From Campylobacter sp. (lineage in GTDB: Bacteria; Campylobacterota; Campylobacteria; Campylobacterales; Campylobacteraceae): DNA of 60,777 nucleotides. Under the pieces are notes generated by a model that was not told the DNA's origin, did no database searches, and saw nothing but the letters and a program-made list of their open reading frames with translations. This document shows, piece after piece, positions 44,201 through 52,867 of the stretch (positions are counted from its first letter, which is position 1; every line of letters starts with the position of its first letter). The stretch is taken from the NCBI GenBank assembly GCA_030532465.1, contig JAUNLC010000006.1:1-60777 (forward strand), read 5' to 3'. The position numbers and the translations under genes are program-made.

Positions 44201-44902
44201 AGCGTAGGGATTTATCTTTCGGGGCATCCTTTGCAAGATTTTAAAGCCCAAATTGACGAGATAAGCTACACTTTAAGCTCGGAATTTGAAAATGTGGGTG
44301 AGAGTGCGGAGCTGCTTGTAGTCGGTAAGATTGAAGATATCAGCACAAGGATAGCTAAAAATAGCGGCAAAAAAATAGGCACTTTAAACGTGCTTGATTT
44401 TCACGGAAACATTGAAATCACGCTGTTTGACCGCGAGCTAGCCGAGCTTGAAGAACTTGGAAATGCGGTTTATGAGACTCCTTATGCATTTAAGATAAAT
44501 TTCTCTCGCGACGGGCAGTTTAACCGTATAAGGCTTATCGAGATGGTTAGTCTTGAAGATGCTAAGGATATGAATTTTAAAGCGCGAAGCTTTAAAAAAC
44601 GAAATTTTGAAAACGGCAAAAACGGCTACAATAACGGTAATAAAAACGGATATAGCGCGAGTGAAAAGCCTAGAAATTTAACTCCGCTTGAGCTAAATTT
44701 AAACCTATCCGAGCTTAGTAAGGAGAGGGTAACTAATATCTACCGCCTAGCCCAGCAAGATCACCGCTTAGGTGTTGAAAAGAACAACAAAAGTCTAATT
44801 ATCAAGATTTCAAACGCGGAGCAAAATCAAATTTTAGTCTATAACACCGAATTTGTCGTAAGTGAAGGCTTTGTAGAGAAGGTAAATAATTTAGCCCGAT
44901 AA
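41273..44902 (+). CDS. dnaE: DNA polymerase III alpha subunit
   Basis: PHP HLHLHTEYSLLDG, GPGRGSAAGS, MPDIDVDF, KFDFLGL, YGFNKSH. Confidence 0.98.
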   Translation: MIMSDFTHLHLHTEYSLLDGANKIKELAKTLKKQGVSSVAITDHGNMFGAIDFYKTMKGEGIKPIIGIEAYIHNSEDLGDKTSKQRFHLCLFAKNEIGYKNLMYLSSMSYIEGFYYYPRINKKLLREHSEGVICSSACLQGEVNWHLNESERNLRYGAGGYEKALEVAREYKEIFGEDFYLEIMRHGIGDQRRIDDQILRIAKELDIKIIATNDTHYTFQQRADAHEVFMCIAMNKLLDDPNRLRHSVHEFYVKTPAQMSELFADIPEAIENTQEIAEKCNLEIKLGDATPPNFKFTLECAAERGLSLPEPENRYSFANDTVLFEYECKEGLKERLKFIPQEKHAEYEARLKVEMDIINKMNFPGYMMIVWDFIREAKKRGVPVGPGRGSAAGSLVAYSLKITDLDPIPYNLLFERFLNPERVSMPDIDVDFCQDRRGEIIDYVIEKYGKFNVAQVITFGKLLAKGVIRDVARVCNMPYAEADAMAKLIPDELGITLEGAFEKEPKIKELIDKNANAARIWKFALDLEGLNRNAGMHAAGVVISNEELWNKAPLFRQPNSAEDHFVTQYSLKYLEDVDLIKFDFLGLKTLTVIDNSIKLIKHRFGKDIIWEQIDINDANVYKTIQSGQAIGLFQVESDGMRKLGFSLRPDCFEDIVAMLALYRPGPMESGMLDDFVKRKHGEAEISYLFKELEPILEPTYGVIVYQEQVMQIVQTIGGFSLGGADLVRRAMGKKIKEEMDRLKGQFVEGAVAKGLNGQKADDLFELIVKFAGYGFNKSHSAAYAFITFQTAYLKTYYPAEFMAALLTSEEDNVDKVVKYIDETKRMGIAILPPCINRSMKEFSVVSENGSDAIIFGLGAIKGVGNSAIENIIEERANGEFESLDDFVSRIDSFKVNRRVIESLIKSGSFDCFNYTRKMLLNNLDNIIEACKSAALIKKNSAESLFGEDESMNNVKINLLVDNTEFELKERLLHERDSVGIYLSGHPLQDFKAQIDEISYTLSSEFENVGESAELLVVGKIEDISTRIAKNSGKKIGTLNVLDFHGNIEITLFDRELAELEELGNAVYETPYAFKINFSRDGQFNRIRLIEMVSLEDAKDMNFKARSFKKRNFENGKNGYNNGNKNGYSASEKPRNLTPLELNLNLSELSKERVTNIYRLAQQDHRLGVEKNNKSLIIKISNAEQNQILVYNTEFVVSEGFVEKVNNLAR

Positions 44903-44905
44903 GCG

Positions 44906-45412
44906 ATGACTATACAAAATAGCTCAAAAGATGACGTAAAAGACATCTTGTATCTTTATGATGAGGCGGTTAAACTTCAAAAGATAAAAGGCGCCGCTGC
45001 TTGGCCGAAATTTAGCCGCGAGTTTATAGAGTCCGAGATCAAAAAAAATAGGCAGTTTAATATAAAAATTGACGGCAAAATAGCCTGCGTTTGGGCGATA
45101 ACTTTTGATGACGCTCAAATTTGGCAAGATAGAAACGCCGATGCCGCCATATACATACATCGTATCGCGGTAAATCCTAACTTTAGAGGACAAAATTTAG
45201 TTCGGCATATCGTAGATTGGGCTAAAGAGTATGCTCTAAAAAATAGTAAAAATTTTATTAGGCTTGATACGGTAGGTGAAAATTTGGGACTTATTAAGCA
45301 TTATCAAAATTGCGGTTTTCGTTTTCTTGGACTTACTAGATTAAAAGATACTAGCGGTCTTCCCGCTCACTATCAAAATGCCCAAGTAAGTCTTTTTGAG
45401 ATTAGGCTTTGA
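44906..45412 (+). CDS. GNAT family N-acetyltransferase
   Basis: YIHRIAVNPNFRGQN, IRLDT, YQNCGF. Confidence 0.88.
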   Translation: MTIQNSSKDDVKDILYLYDEAVKLQKIKGAAAWPKFSREFIESEIKKNRQFNIKIDGKIACVWAITFDDAQIWQDRNADAAIYIHRIAVNPNFRGQNLVRHIVDWAKEYALKNSKNFIRLDTVGENLGLIKHYQNCGFRFLGLTRLKDTSGLPAHYQNAQVSLFEIRL

Positions 45413-45477
45413 TGGCTTAGCGACTTTGTATTTAAGCTTAAACGCCAACAACAGATATCTTTGGAAATTGGATTAAA

Positions 45478-46112
45478 ATGAATAAAACAGCCTTAGTTGT
45501 GGGCGCTACGGGAGCGGTCGGAAGCGAGCTTGTAAAGCAGCTTTGCGAGCATAAGAATTATGCTAAAGTGATCGTGCTTGCTCGCAAAGAGCTTAAATTT
45601 AGCCACGAAAAGCTTGAGGTTAAGATAGTAAATTTGATGAAATTTCAAATTTGCCAAGCCTTTTTGTAGATGAAGTTTTTTGCGCACTTGGAACGACTAT
45701 CAAGCAGGCCGGCTCAAAAGAGCGGTTTAAAAAAGTTGATTTTCACTACACGCTTAAAATCGCTACTTGGGCTAAAAACGGCGGCGCAAAGCGTTTCGTG
45801 CTTGTTTCTTCAAATGGTGCTGATGAAAATTCAAAATTCTTTTATCTGCGAGTTAAAGGCGAAGTGGAAAATAGGATAAAAGAGCTTGGCTTTCATAGCT
45901 TTCATGTGGCTCGCTTGCCGCTCATTGACGCTAAGCGAGATGAGTTTAGGCTTGGCGAGAGGGTTGCCCTTTGGCTATTTAAATTTATCCCAAAGGGCAT
46001 TTTAAAAGCGCATCGCCCAATGACTCCAGCCGATATCGCAAAAGCCGTGATAAAAGCCGCTCAAAGCGATGAAGCCGGCATGCAAATTTATCATCCAATG
46101 GATATCAAGTAG
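45478..46112 (+). pseudogene. NAD(P)H-binding SDR-like protein (TIP30/YraR type), split by a 1-nt deletion
   Basis: GATGAVG in ORF 45478; FCALGTT...FYLRVKG in ORF 45651; adding one T at 45633-45635 gives a continuous VNFDEISNLPSLFVDEVFCALGTT. Confidence 0.8.
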
Positions 46113-46144
46113 TCAAATTTGGCCCAAAAAGGCAAATTTGACTA
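46110..46144. terminator. bidirectional terminator
   Basis: tagtcaaatttg...caaatttgacta inverted repeat between convergent genes. Confidence 0.7.
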
Positions 46145-46150
46145 TGTTGT

Positions 46151-46822
46151 TTAGTTAAGAGATTTGATTACTTTTATATTTGCCGCGATTTGCATATGGC
46201 GCAAAAATACCAGATGATAAAAGTCACCGTTATGCCACGGCGCATCATAGGTTTGCACCAGATCGCTTACTACGATGACTTCGCGTTTGATGTTTTTTTC
46301 GTTTGCGCTTAGCTTGATGTGAAGTGCGAGGTTGTAAACGCAAAGATCGGTGCAGTCGCCAAAGATGACGAAAGTATCAACGTGCCTGTTTTGCTCCAAA
46401 TAAGCGTTAAATCCGTCGCAATATGCCGAGCTTATCGAGTTTTTGTAAAAAATTTTAATCTCATCAAAAAAGTCTAAATTTTTAAGCTCATCTATCGTCT
46501 CAGCCTCGTTTGTACCCGCTACCGCGTGCGGCGGAAATGCGTCAAATTCGCTTGCTTCCTCGCCGTGATTATCTTGAATGAGGATGAAATTTTTAAAGCC
46601 AAACTCATCATGCGCTCTTTTAAAAGTGCTTGCTAGATGTTTAGACATAGCGCCGACTCTTGGGCTAGATAATGCGCCTTCACAACAAAAGCCGTTTATC
46701 ATATCCACGCTTACAAAAGCGGTATTTTTGCCGCCGTTTTTAAATAGCTCAGCCATCTTAAGAGGCTTTAGCTCTTCGTGCCAAATTTCCAACTCGTCTA
46801 AAATTTTTGCGTTTAGTTTCAT
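46151..46822 (-). CDS. cysteine hydrolase (isochorismatase/nicotinamidase family)
   Basis: VDMINGF (Asp), DNH and PPHA (metal ligands), K, GDCTDLCV (catalytic Cys). Confidence 0.88.
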   Translation of the reverse strand: MKLNAKILDELEIWHEELKPLKMAELFKNGGKNTAFVSVDMINGFCCEGALSSPRVGAMSKHLASTFKRAHDEFGFKNFILIQDNHGEEASEFDAFPPHAVAGTNEAETIDELKNLDFFDEIKIFYKNSISSAYCDGFNAYLEQNRHVDTFVIFGDCTDLCVYNLALHIKLSANEKNIKREVIVVSDLVQTYDAPWHNGDFYHLVFLRHMQIAANIKVIKSLN

Positions 46823-46846
46823 TTTTTCCTTTCAAATTTGATAAAT

Positions 46847-47845
46847 TTACTCGCTCTTTGCCTTATAAATCGGCAAATTTATACAAAATCGTTTTGGGTT
46901 TAGCATGATTTCTATACTTCCTCTGTGCGCGTTTACGATCTGCAAACACAGATGAAGTCCAAGCCCGTTGCCTTTAAGCTTGCTTGTCTTAAACGGCTCA
47001 AAGACGATCGCGGCGTTTGCGATATCCACTCCGCTATCTTGCATGATAAAACTATGCTCATCCGCCGTCTTTTCATACTCTAACGTTATCTGCCCGCTAT
47101 CATCATCACTTTCTTCAATCGCATCAATCGCGTTAAAAAGCATATTTTGAAAGACCATCGCAAGCAGGTCTTTATCGCCGTTATAGTAGGCGTTTGGAAA
47201 ATTTAGCTTGAAACTTATCTCTTTTGAGTAAGCATAGTAGGCGATGGCCTCCTCGCACTCGCTTTTTAGCTCGCTAAAGTTAAACACGCTAGGATTTATG
47301 CTAAGCCCTTTTGTAAAGAGCAAGGTCGCTTTTATGATACGCTCAACGCGCCAGATCGCCCTTTGGATCTCGCTTGCTACGGGCGTGGTGCGCTCATCGG
47401 CTCTTTTTAAAAGCGTTGAGGTTAGAAGCGAGATAGAGCCTATGGGATTTCTTATCTCGTGAGCCAAGTGAGCCGCCACTTGCCCCATGGATGCTAGACG
47501 TTCGGTGCGCTTTTCTTTGGTGATGTCGGTTGCCGAGATGATTTTCTTGCCGTTTTTTTGAGTGGTTTTTATAAGATAAATTTGTCCGTTTAGCTCGATT
47601 TCTTCGCTATTTTCATCGATGAAATTTAAAAGGCGAGTGATTTTAAGAGCCTCTGAATTTTGCAAGAAAATTTCGCCGTTTTCGTCTATCACCCAGATAG
47701 CGGTAGGTAAAATTTCCACGATCTCTTTGATGAAATTTTGCAAATTTGTATATGAATTTGTGAGGTTTTTATACTCTTGCTCGATTAGATAAGTTTGCTC
47801 TATAAGGCTTTTTAGACCGTCTTGTATGCTTGTTTTTTCATCCAT
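46847..47845 (-). CDS. flgS: cytoplasmic flagellar sensor histidine kinase
   Basis: LIEQTYLIEQEYKNL coiled N-terminus, PAS-like region, H-box AHEIRNP, NAIDA, FEPFKTSK, GNGLGL; no TM helix. Confidence 0.85.
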   Translation of the reverse strand: MDEKTSIQDGLKSLIEQTYLIEQEYKNLTNSYTNLQNFIKEIVEILPTAIWVIDENGEIFLQNSEALKITRLLNFIDENSEEIELNGQIYLIKTTQKNGKKIISATDITKEKRTERLASMGQVAAHLAHEIRNPIGSISLLTSTLLKRADERTTPVASEIQRAIWRVERIIKATLLFTKGLSINPSVFNFSELKSECEEAIAYYAYSKEISFKLNFPNAYYNGDKDLLAMVFQNMLFNAIDAIEESDDDSGQITLEYEKTADEHSFIMQDSGVDIANAAIVFEPFKTSKLKGNGLGLHLCLQIVNAHRGSIEIMLNPKRFCINLPIYKAKSE

Positions 47846-48707
47846 TTATCAGCTCCTCAAAGTCCTTCATCTCAAAAAGCATCACACGCTCATCTTTTAA
47901 ATTTTCAAGCTCTTTGCTAAATCCGCTCTTTGAAAAAAGTGCAAATTTATAAGGCTCAATCAAAAGTCTTTCACACTTTTTGGCAAGTAAATTTAGCACG
48001 TTTTTACACATTTTATGCTCTTTAAATTTCGCCTCTCCGACGATGATTTGATCGCCTGTCTTTAAAAACAGATCGATCTCGACATCCCTTGTCCATAGGC
48101 TACTTACTCTTTTAACATCAACTCCAAATTTGTGCGCCAAAAGCTCTCTACAAATAAGTTCAAATCCAAAACTCGCATAATCATCGAAATTTAGCCTGAT
48201 GTCTCGCATAACGCTATCAAATTTGCCCTCTTCAAGCAGGTTTAAATTTGGCTCTATAAACCTAAACCAAAATCTTGTAAAGTTATCCTTAAAACGGATC
48301 TTGTCTTCAACCTTATATCTTCTTAAATGCTTTTTTAAAAGCTGTCCTTTTGGCGCTTTTATAGGCTTTTCAAGGCTTACTTCCACACTTAAAAGCTCTC
48401 TTTCAAAAAGCTCTTTATAGACTCTTTTAGCAAGCGGTTGAGGTAAAATTTTTGATATATTAAACCTCTTTCTATCGCTTTTTGCAAGCCGCATCAGAGC
48501 TAGTTTCATCTCCTTTTCAAGCTCGCTTTGAAAGTTAAATTTTGTCTTTAAAGAGTCAAATTCTCTAACTATGCAAATTTCAATCGCCTCGAAAATATCA
48601 TAAAAATTTAAGCTTGATTCGTATCCGTCAAATACGCAGTGAAAATTTATAAGCTCATTGATTTCAAGGTGCTTAAAACGCTCGTAAGAGGACTTTAGCG
48701 TGTAGAT
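47838..48707 (-). CDS. DUF234-domain protein (wHTH plus PD-(D/E)XK-like C-terminus); start uncertain (ATC 48707 or GTG 48737)
   Basis: DNFTRFWFRFI, FELICRE, EIDL...GEAK, LFSKSGF; overlaps the flgS start. Confidence 0.8.
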   Translation of the reverse strand: MYTLKSSYERFKHLEINELINFHCVFDGYESSLNFYDIFEAIEICIVREFDSLKTKFNFQSELEKEMKLALMRLAKSDRKRFNISKILPQPLAKRVYKELFERELLSVEVSLEKPIKAPKGQLLKKHLRRYKVEDKIRFKDNFTRFWFRFIEPNLNLLEEGKFDSVMRDIRLNFDDYASFGFELICRELLAHKFGVDVKRVSSLWTRDVEIDLFLKTGDQIIVGEAKFKEHKMCKNVLNLLAKKCERLLIEPYKFALFSKSGFSKELENLKDERVMLFEMKDFEELING

Positions 48708-48777
48708 TTCTCTCTCCTTTTTGACCCATTTTAGCACACTTTTGGTTATAATTACTTTTAAAAACTAAGGCGAGAAT

Positions 48778-50097
48778 GTGCTAAATTTGGACGAAGTTAG
48801 AAAAAATATCATTTTAAAAGAGGGAATTTATTATTTTGATTATACCGCTTCGGGGCTTGCTTACGAGCCTATCGAGCAAGAGATTTTAAAATTTCTAAAA
48901 ACTTACGCCAACACACATTCCGATAGCTCTTCAAGCGCCATTTTAACCCAACGCAGATACGAAAACGCCAGAAGCGAGCTTAAAAATCTGCTTGGACTTA
49001 ACGATGAGTTTTGTCTCATAGGATGCGGAAGCGGAGCAAGCGCTGCGATAAAGAAATTTCAAGAGATCGTGGGAATTTATATCCCGCCAAAAACCAAAGA
49101 GAGATATCATATCAGGCCGCTTTCAAATTTGCCGCTAGTCATTCTTGGGCCCTATGAGCATCATTCAAACGAAGTTAGTTTTCGCGAGGGGATGTGCGAT
49201 GTAGTGCGAATAGGGCTTGACGAGAGCGGCGGTGTTGATTTTAAGATGCTTGAGCATGTGCTTAAGATGAATAAAAACCGCGAGATCATCGCCTCTTTTA
49301 GCGCGGCTTCAAACGTTACGGGCGTACTTAGCGACTACAAGAAAATTTACGCTCTAATCAAATCTTATAGCGGTATCTTGGCGCTTGACGCTTCAAGTCT
49401 TAGCGCTTATGCAAATGTTGATAGCGACTACTTTGACGCGCTTTTTTTAGCTCCTCATAAGCTGCTTGGCGGGGTTGGAAGTTGTGGGCTTTTAGCGATT
49501 AAAAAATCGCTTGTAGATACGAGTCTGCCGACTTTTGCAGCTGGAGGAACGGTAGCTTACGTAAGCAGAACAAGCCATCAGTTTGTAAAAAATATCGAGC
49601 AGCTAGAAGAGGGCGGCACTCCGGGCATAGTGCAGATGATAAGGGCAAATTTAGCCTACAAGCTTAGAAACGAGATCGGATTTGAGCGGATCAAAAGTCG
49701 CGAAAGCGAACTAAATGAGCTATTTGCAAGCGAGCTTGAAAAGATCAATGAAGTAGTTTGTTATTGTCCTAAAAATTTGCCTAGAGTTCCTATCTTTGCC
49801 TTTAACGTGCGCGGAATTTCGCCGTATGACTTTGCCGCTACTCTTAGTAACGACTTTGGTATCCAAACTCGCGCGGGATGTGCTTGCGCAGGGCCTTACG
49901 GGCATGATCTGCTTGGTCTTAAGGATAATGTCGTTTTTGACAAAAAGCCGGGCTGGGTTAGGGTAAGTTTGCATTATACGCATACGAAAGAGGACGTGAT
50001 ATATCTTGTGCAGGCGATTAAAAAAAGCATAGATAAGCACAAAAACAGTTGGGGCGAGGAGCTTGCGCTTCACTCGATATTTGCGGGTAAAATTTGA
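48778..50097 (+). CDS. PLP-dependent class V aminotransferase (cysteine desulfurase/selenocysteine lyase-like)
   Basis: YFDYTASG, YANTH, EHHSNE, SAASNVTG, PHK (PLP Lys), EEGGTP, RAGCACA. Confidence 0.88.
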   Translation: MLNLDEVRKNIILKEGIYYFDYTASGLAYEPIEQEILKFLKTYANTHSDSSSSAILTQRRYENARSELKNLLGLNDEFCLIGCGSGASAAIKKFQEIVGIYIPPKTKERYHIRPLSNLPLVILGPYEHHSNEVSFREGMCDVVRIGLDESGGVDFKMLEHVLKMNKNREIIASFSAASNVTGVLSDYKKIYALIKSYSGILALDASSLSAYANVDSDYFDALFLAPHKLLGGVGSCGLLAIKKSLVDTSLPTFAAGGTVAYVSRTSHQFVKNIEQLEEGGTPGIVQMIRANLAYKLRNEIGFERIKSRESELNELFASELEKINEVVCYCPKNLPRVPIFAFNVRGISPYDFAATLSNDFGIQTRAGCACAGPYGHDLLGLKDNVVFDKKPGWVRVSLHYTHTKEDVIYLVQAIKKSIDKHKNSWGEELALHSIFAGKI

Positions 50098-50102
50098 TAA
50101 AT

Positions 50103-50705
50103 TTACAAAAATCTGCTTAAGTTTTTGTAGTTTTCGCTTATGCTCTCAGGCTTATAAAGTGCTGAGATAACGGCGATAAGATCAATCTCAAGAGATAAAA
50201 TTTGATCTATGTTTTGCGCGTTTATGCCGCCGATTACGCAGATTGGTATGTCTAAAATTTCTTTAGCTTTTATTATCGTTTCAAAAGGGCAGCGGACGGT
50301 GTGCGGCTTTGTAGGGCTTACAAAAACACTGCCAAATGCGACGTAGCTTGCTCCCGCGTCTTGCGCCTTAATGGCTAAATTTATGTCGTTATAGCAGCTA
50401 ACTCCTATAAATGCGTCCTTGCCTAAAATTTCTCTTGCCGTTTTTATATCGCCGTCATCTTTGCCGATATGAACGCATTTTGCTCCGATTTGTTTAGCAA
50501 AACTTATATCATCATTTACGATAAATTTTGCTCCAAAATCATTGCAAAGCGCTAGTAGTTGGCGCGCTAAGCTTTCGTTTTTAACAGCTTTTTTGCTTCT
50601 ATACTGAAAATATTTTATCCCGCACTCTAAAATTTCACGAGTTTGCTCTAAAATGCTCTCATCGGGCGTTAAGATATCATCGCTAATCGCATAAATTTGA
50701 GCCAA
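50103..50705 (-). CDS. thiE: thiamine-phosphate synthase
   Basis: QYRSK, IVNDD, VHIGKDD, IGVSC, SPTK, IGGI; TTG start after GAGGTG. Confidence 0.93.
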   Translation of the reverse strand: MAQIYAISDDILTPDESILEQTREILECGIKYFQYRSKKAVKNESLARQLLALCNDFGAKFIVNDDISFAKQIGAKCVHIGKDDGDIKTAREILGKDAFIGVSCYNDINLAIKAQDAGASYVAFGSVFVSPTKPHTVRCPFETIIKAKEILDIPICVIGGINAQNIDQILSLEIDLIAVISALYKPESISENYKNLSRFL

Positions 50706-50782
50706 TTTCACCTCTTTTTATATCGGTAATTTTGTAAATTTTCATCTTATTGGTTCTTAAATAAAGTTTAAAACACGGCGTT

Positions 50783-51382
50783 TTACTCATTTGCCTCTTT
50801 AAATTCTATTTTTATTTTAGGCTCATCCTCTTGCCAAAGCAGCTCTTGCCTATCTTTAGGCTCCTCTTGCGGTTTGATCTCAGGTTTTTTACCGCTTTGA
50901 AAACATTCAAAAATTTCAGGAAATTTATCTTTTATCTTGTTTGAAGTTACCTTTATCTTTTTGTAGCTTTTTGCTTTTGGTTTGGCAAGTGCGTTTTTTA
51001 CCAAGGTTTTGTTTATAATTTTTTGATTATCGCTTACTTCGCAAAGCCATCTATCGCCTAAATTTTGTTTGCCTTCGAGGTAAAAATTTCTACCCGGTTT
51101 TAAAAAGCCGTAAATTTGCTCCTCATAAAACTTGTTAAATTCCTCAATGGCTTTTTTATCGTCACTGCACTTTTTAACGTCGTAAATTTCGATGCCGTAA
51201 AGCTTGCAAGGAGCTGATTTTAGAATGTTTATTTTAAAAACAAAGGTGTCTTTGTCAATTTTTTTTGCGAAAGTTGCGATTATTTTCTGGTCGCTAAAAG
51301 CAGGGGTAAGAGCAAATAAAAAAAGAAAAAGAGCCACGCAACCTTTAAATTTTGGTTTAAAAATTGCGTGAAAATTTATCAT
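50783..51382 (-). CDS. secreted thermonuclease (SNase)-fold-like protein, divergent
   Basis: Signal peptide; KIDKDT (cf. IDGDT), KLYGIE (cf. RLxGID), DRWLCEV, INKTLVKNALA (cf. N..LV..GLA). Confidence 0.55.
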   Translation of the reverse strand: MINFHAIFKPKFKGCVALFLFLFALTPAFSDQKIIATFAKKIDKDTFVFKINILKSAPCKLYGIEIYDVKKCSDDKKAIEEFNKFYEEQIYGFLKPGRNFYLEGKQNLGDRWLCEVSDNQKIINKTLVKNALAKPKAKSYKKIKVTSNKIKDKFPEIFECFQSGKKPEIKPQEEPKDRQELLWQEDEPKIKIEFKEANE

Positions 51383-52095
51383 TTTAGATCATATTTTTCT
51401 AAAAGCTTATCGTAAGTTCCGTCTTGTTTAAGCTCTTTTAAGGCCGCGTTTATCTTCTCTATCAACTCTTTGTTTTTGCCCTTATCAAATGCCATAGAAA
51501 AGCCTTCGCTACCGTCTGATTCTTTATAAAACTCTTCAAGCTGAGGATTTTGTTTTAGATATCCGTATCCTATAGAGCTGTCAAGTATAATCGCGTCAAG
51601 TTTTCCCGCTTTTAATCCAAGAACCAAAGTAACGGTCTCTTCGGAAGGAACTATCTTTGCCTTGTCTATCTCTTTTGCAGCCATCTCTTGAACCGTGCCA
51701 AGTTGGACGCCTATCTTTTTGCCGCTTAAGCTTGCCTTGTCTTTTATCGAATCATTACCCTTTTTTCGTAGGTATATGTTTTCTGTTGAGTAATAAGAAT
51801 CCGTAAAATCAACCGAATTTCTTCTTTCGCTAGTTGCGCTCATTGCGCTTGCGATAGCGTCTATCTTGCCTGTTTTAAGAGCTACTATCAGCCCGTCGAA
51901 ATTCATATTTACAAATTTGTAGCTAAATCCTATTTTTTTAGAAAGCGCATCAACCAAATCCGCATCAAAGCCGGTGATCTTGTTTTCATTATCTATAAAC
52001 TCAAACGGCGGATAGTTGGCGGCCATTCCAAATTTAAGCTCGGCGGCCGATAGACCGACCAAAGAGACTAAAAGCAAAGCGAACAATTTTTTCAT
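51379..52095 (-). CDS. polar amino acid ABC transporter substrate-binding protein
   Basis: Signal peptide, YPPFEF, GFDADL, GKIDAI, GVQLGT. Confidence 0.93.
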   Translation of the reverse strand: MKKLFALLLVSLVGLSAAELKFGMAANYPPFEFIDNENKITGFDADLVDALSKKIGFSYKFVNMNFDGLIVALKTGKIDAIASAMSATSERRNSVDFTDSYYSTENIYLRKKGNDSIKDKASLSGKKIGVQLGTVQEMAAKEIDKAKIVPSEETVTLVLGLKAGKLDAIILDSSIGYGYLKQNPQLEEFYKESDGSEGFSMAFDKGKNKELIEKINAALKELKQDGTYDKLLEKYDLK

Positions 52096-52138
52096 CTAAC
52101 ACTCCTTAATGAATTTGTTGAATTATAATACTTTAAAA

Positions 52139-52867
52139 TTAATGATTTAAAACTTTTCCTAAAAATTCTTTTAGTCGCTGATTTTGCGGGTTTTCAAATA
52201 CGTTTTTAGGCGTATCATCGACGGTAATTCTGCCCCCGTCCATGAAAAATATACGATTTGCAACGTTTCTTGCAAAGCCCATCTCATGAGTAACTACAAG
52301 CATAGTTAGCCCTTTAGCTGCCACATCTCTCATGATGTCAAGCACCTCTCCGATCATCTCGGGATCAAGTGCGGAAGTGGGCTCGTCAAAAAGTATAACC
52401 TCAGGATTCATCGCAAGCGCTCTGGCTATGGCTATGCGCTGTTTTTGCCCGCCTGAAAGTTTGTGAGGAAAGGCAAATTTTTTATCAAGCAAGCCAACGC
52501 TTTTAAGCAGCTCATCGGCTCTTTTTTCCGCATCTTCTTTGCTTAAATTTCCTGCTTTTATAGGCGCTAGAGTTAAATTTTGTAAGACGTTTTTATTGGC
52601 AAAGAGATTGAAGTGCTGAAAAACCATACTTACTTTTTGGCGAATTTTATTTATGTCTGCTTTTTTGCTTAGTATATCCTCGCCGTTTATCTTGATATGT
52701 CCGCTTGTAGGCTCTTCAAGACGGTTTATGCAGCGTAAAAAGGTGCTTTTGCCTCCACCGCTTGGTCCTATGATGGCTATAACTTCACCTTGTTTTATGT
52801 CTACGTTTATATCTTTTAAAACCTGCAAATCGCCGTAGTTTTTATTTAAATTTCTAATCTCAATCAT
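52139..52867 (-). CDS. polar amino acid ABC transporter ATP-binding protein (GlnQ-like)
   Basis: GPSGGGKS, LSGGQKQR, FDEPTSALDPE. Confidence 0.95.
   Translation of the reverse strand: MIEIRNLNKNYGDLQVLKDINVDIKQGEVIAIIGPSGGGKSTFLRCINRLEEPTSGHIKINGEDILSKKADINKIRQKVSMVFQHFNLFANKNVLQNLTLAPIKAGNLSKEDAEKRADELLKSVGLLDKKFAFPHKLSGGQKQRIAIARALAMNPEVILFDEPTSALDPEMIGEVLDIMRDVAAKGLTMLVVTHEMGFARNVANRIFFMDGGRITVDDTPKNVFENPQNQRLKEFLGKVLNH

Noticed and set aside
44611-44655. AACGG-rich repeat in dnaE (NGKNGYNNGNKNGY)
   Set aside because: Short in-frame low-complexity linker; no intein motifs or phase-variable tract
50712-50782. TPP riboswitch upstream of thiE
   Set aside because: The intergenic region is short and AT-rich and lacks the TGAGA and other TPP-aptamer motifs
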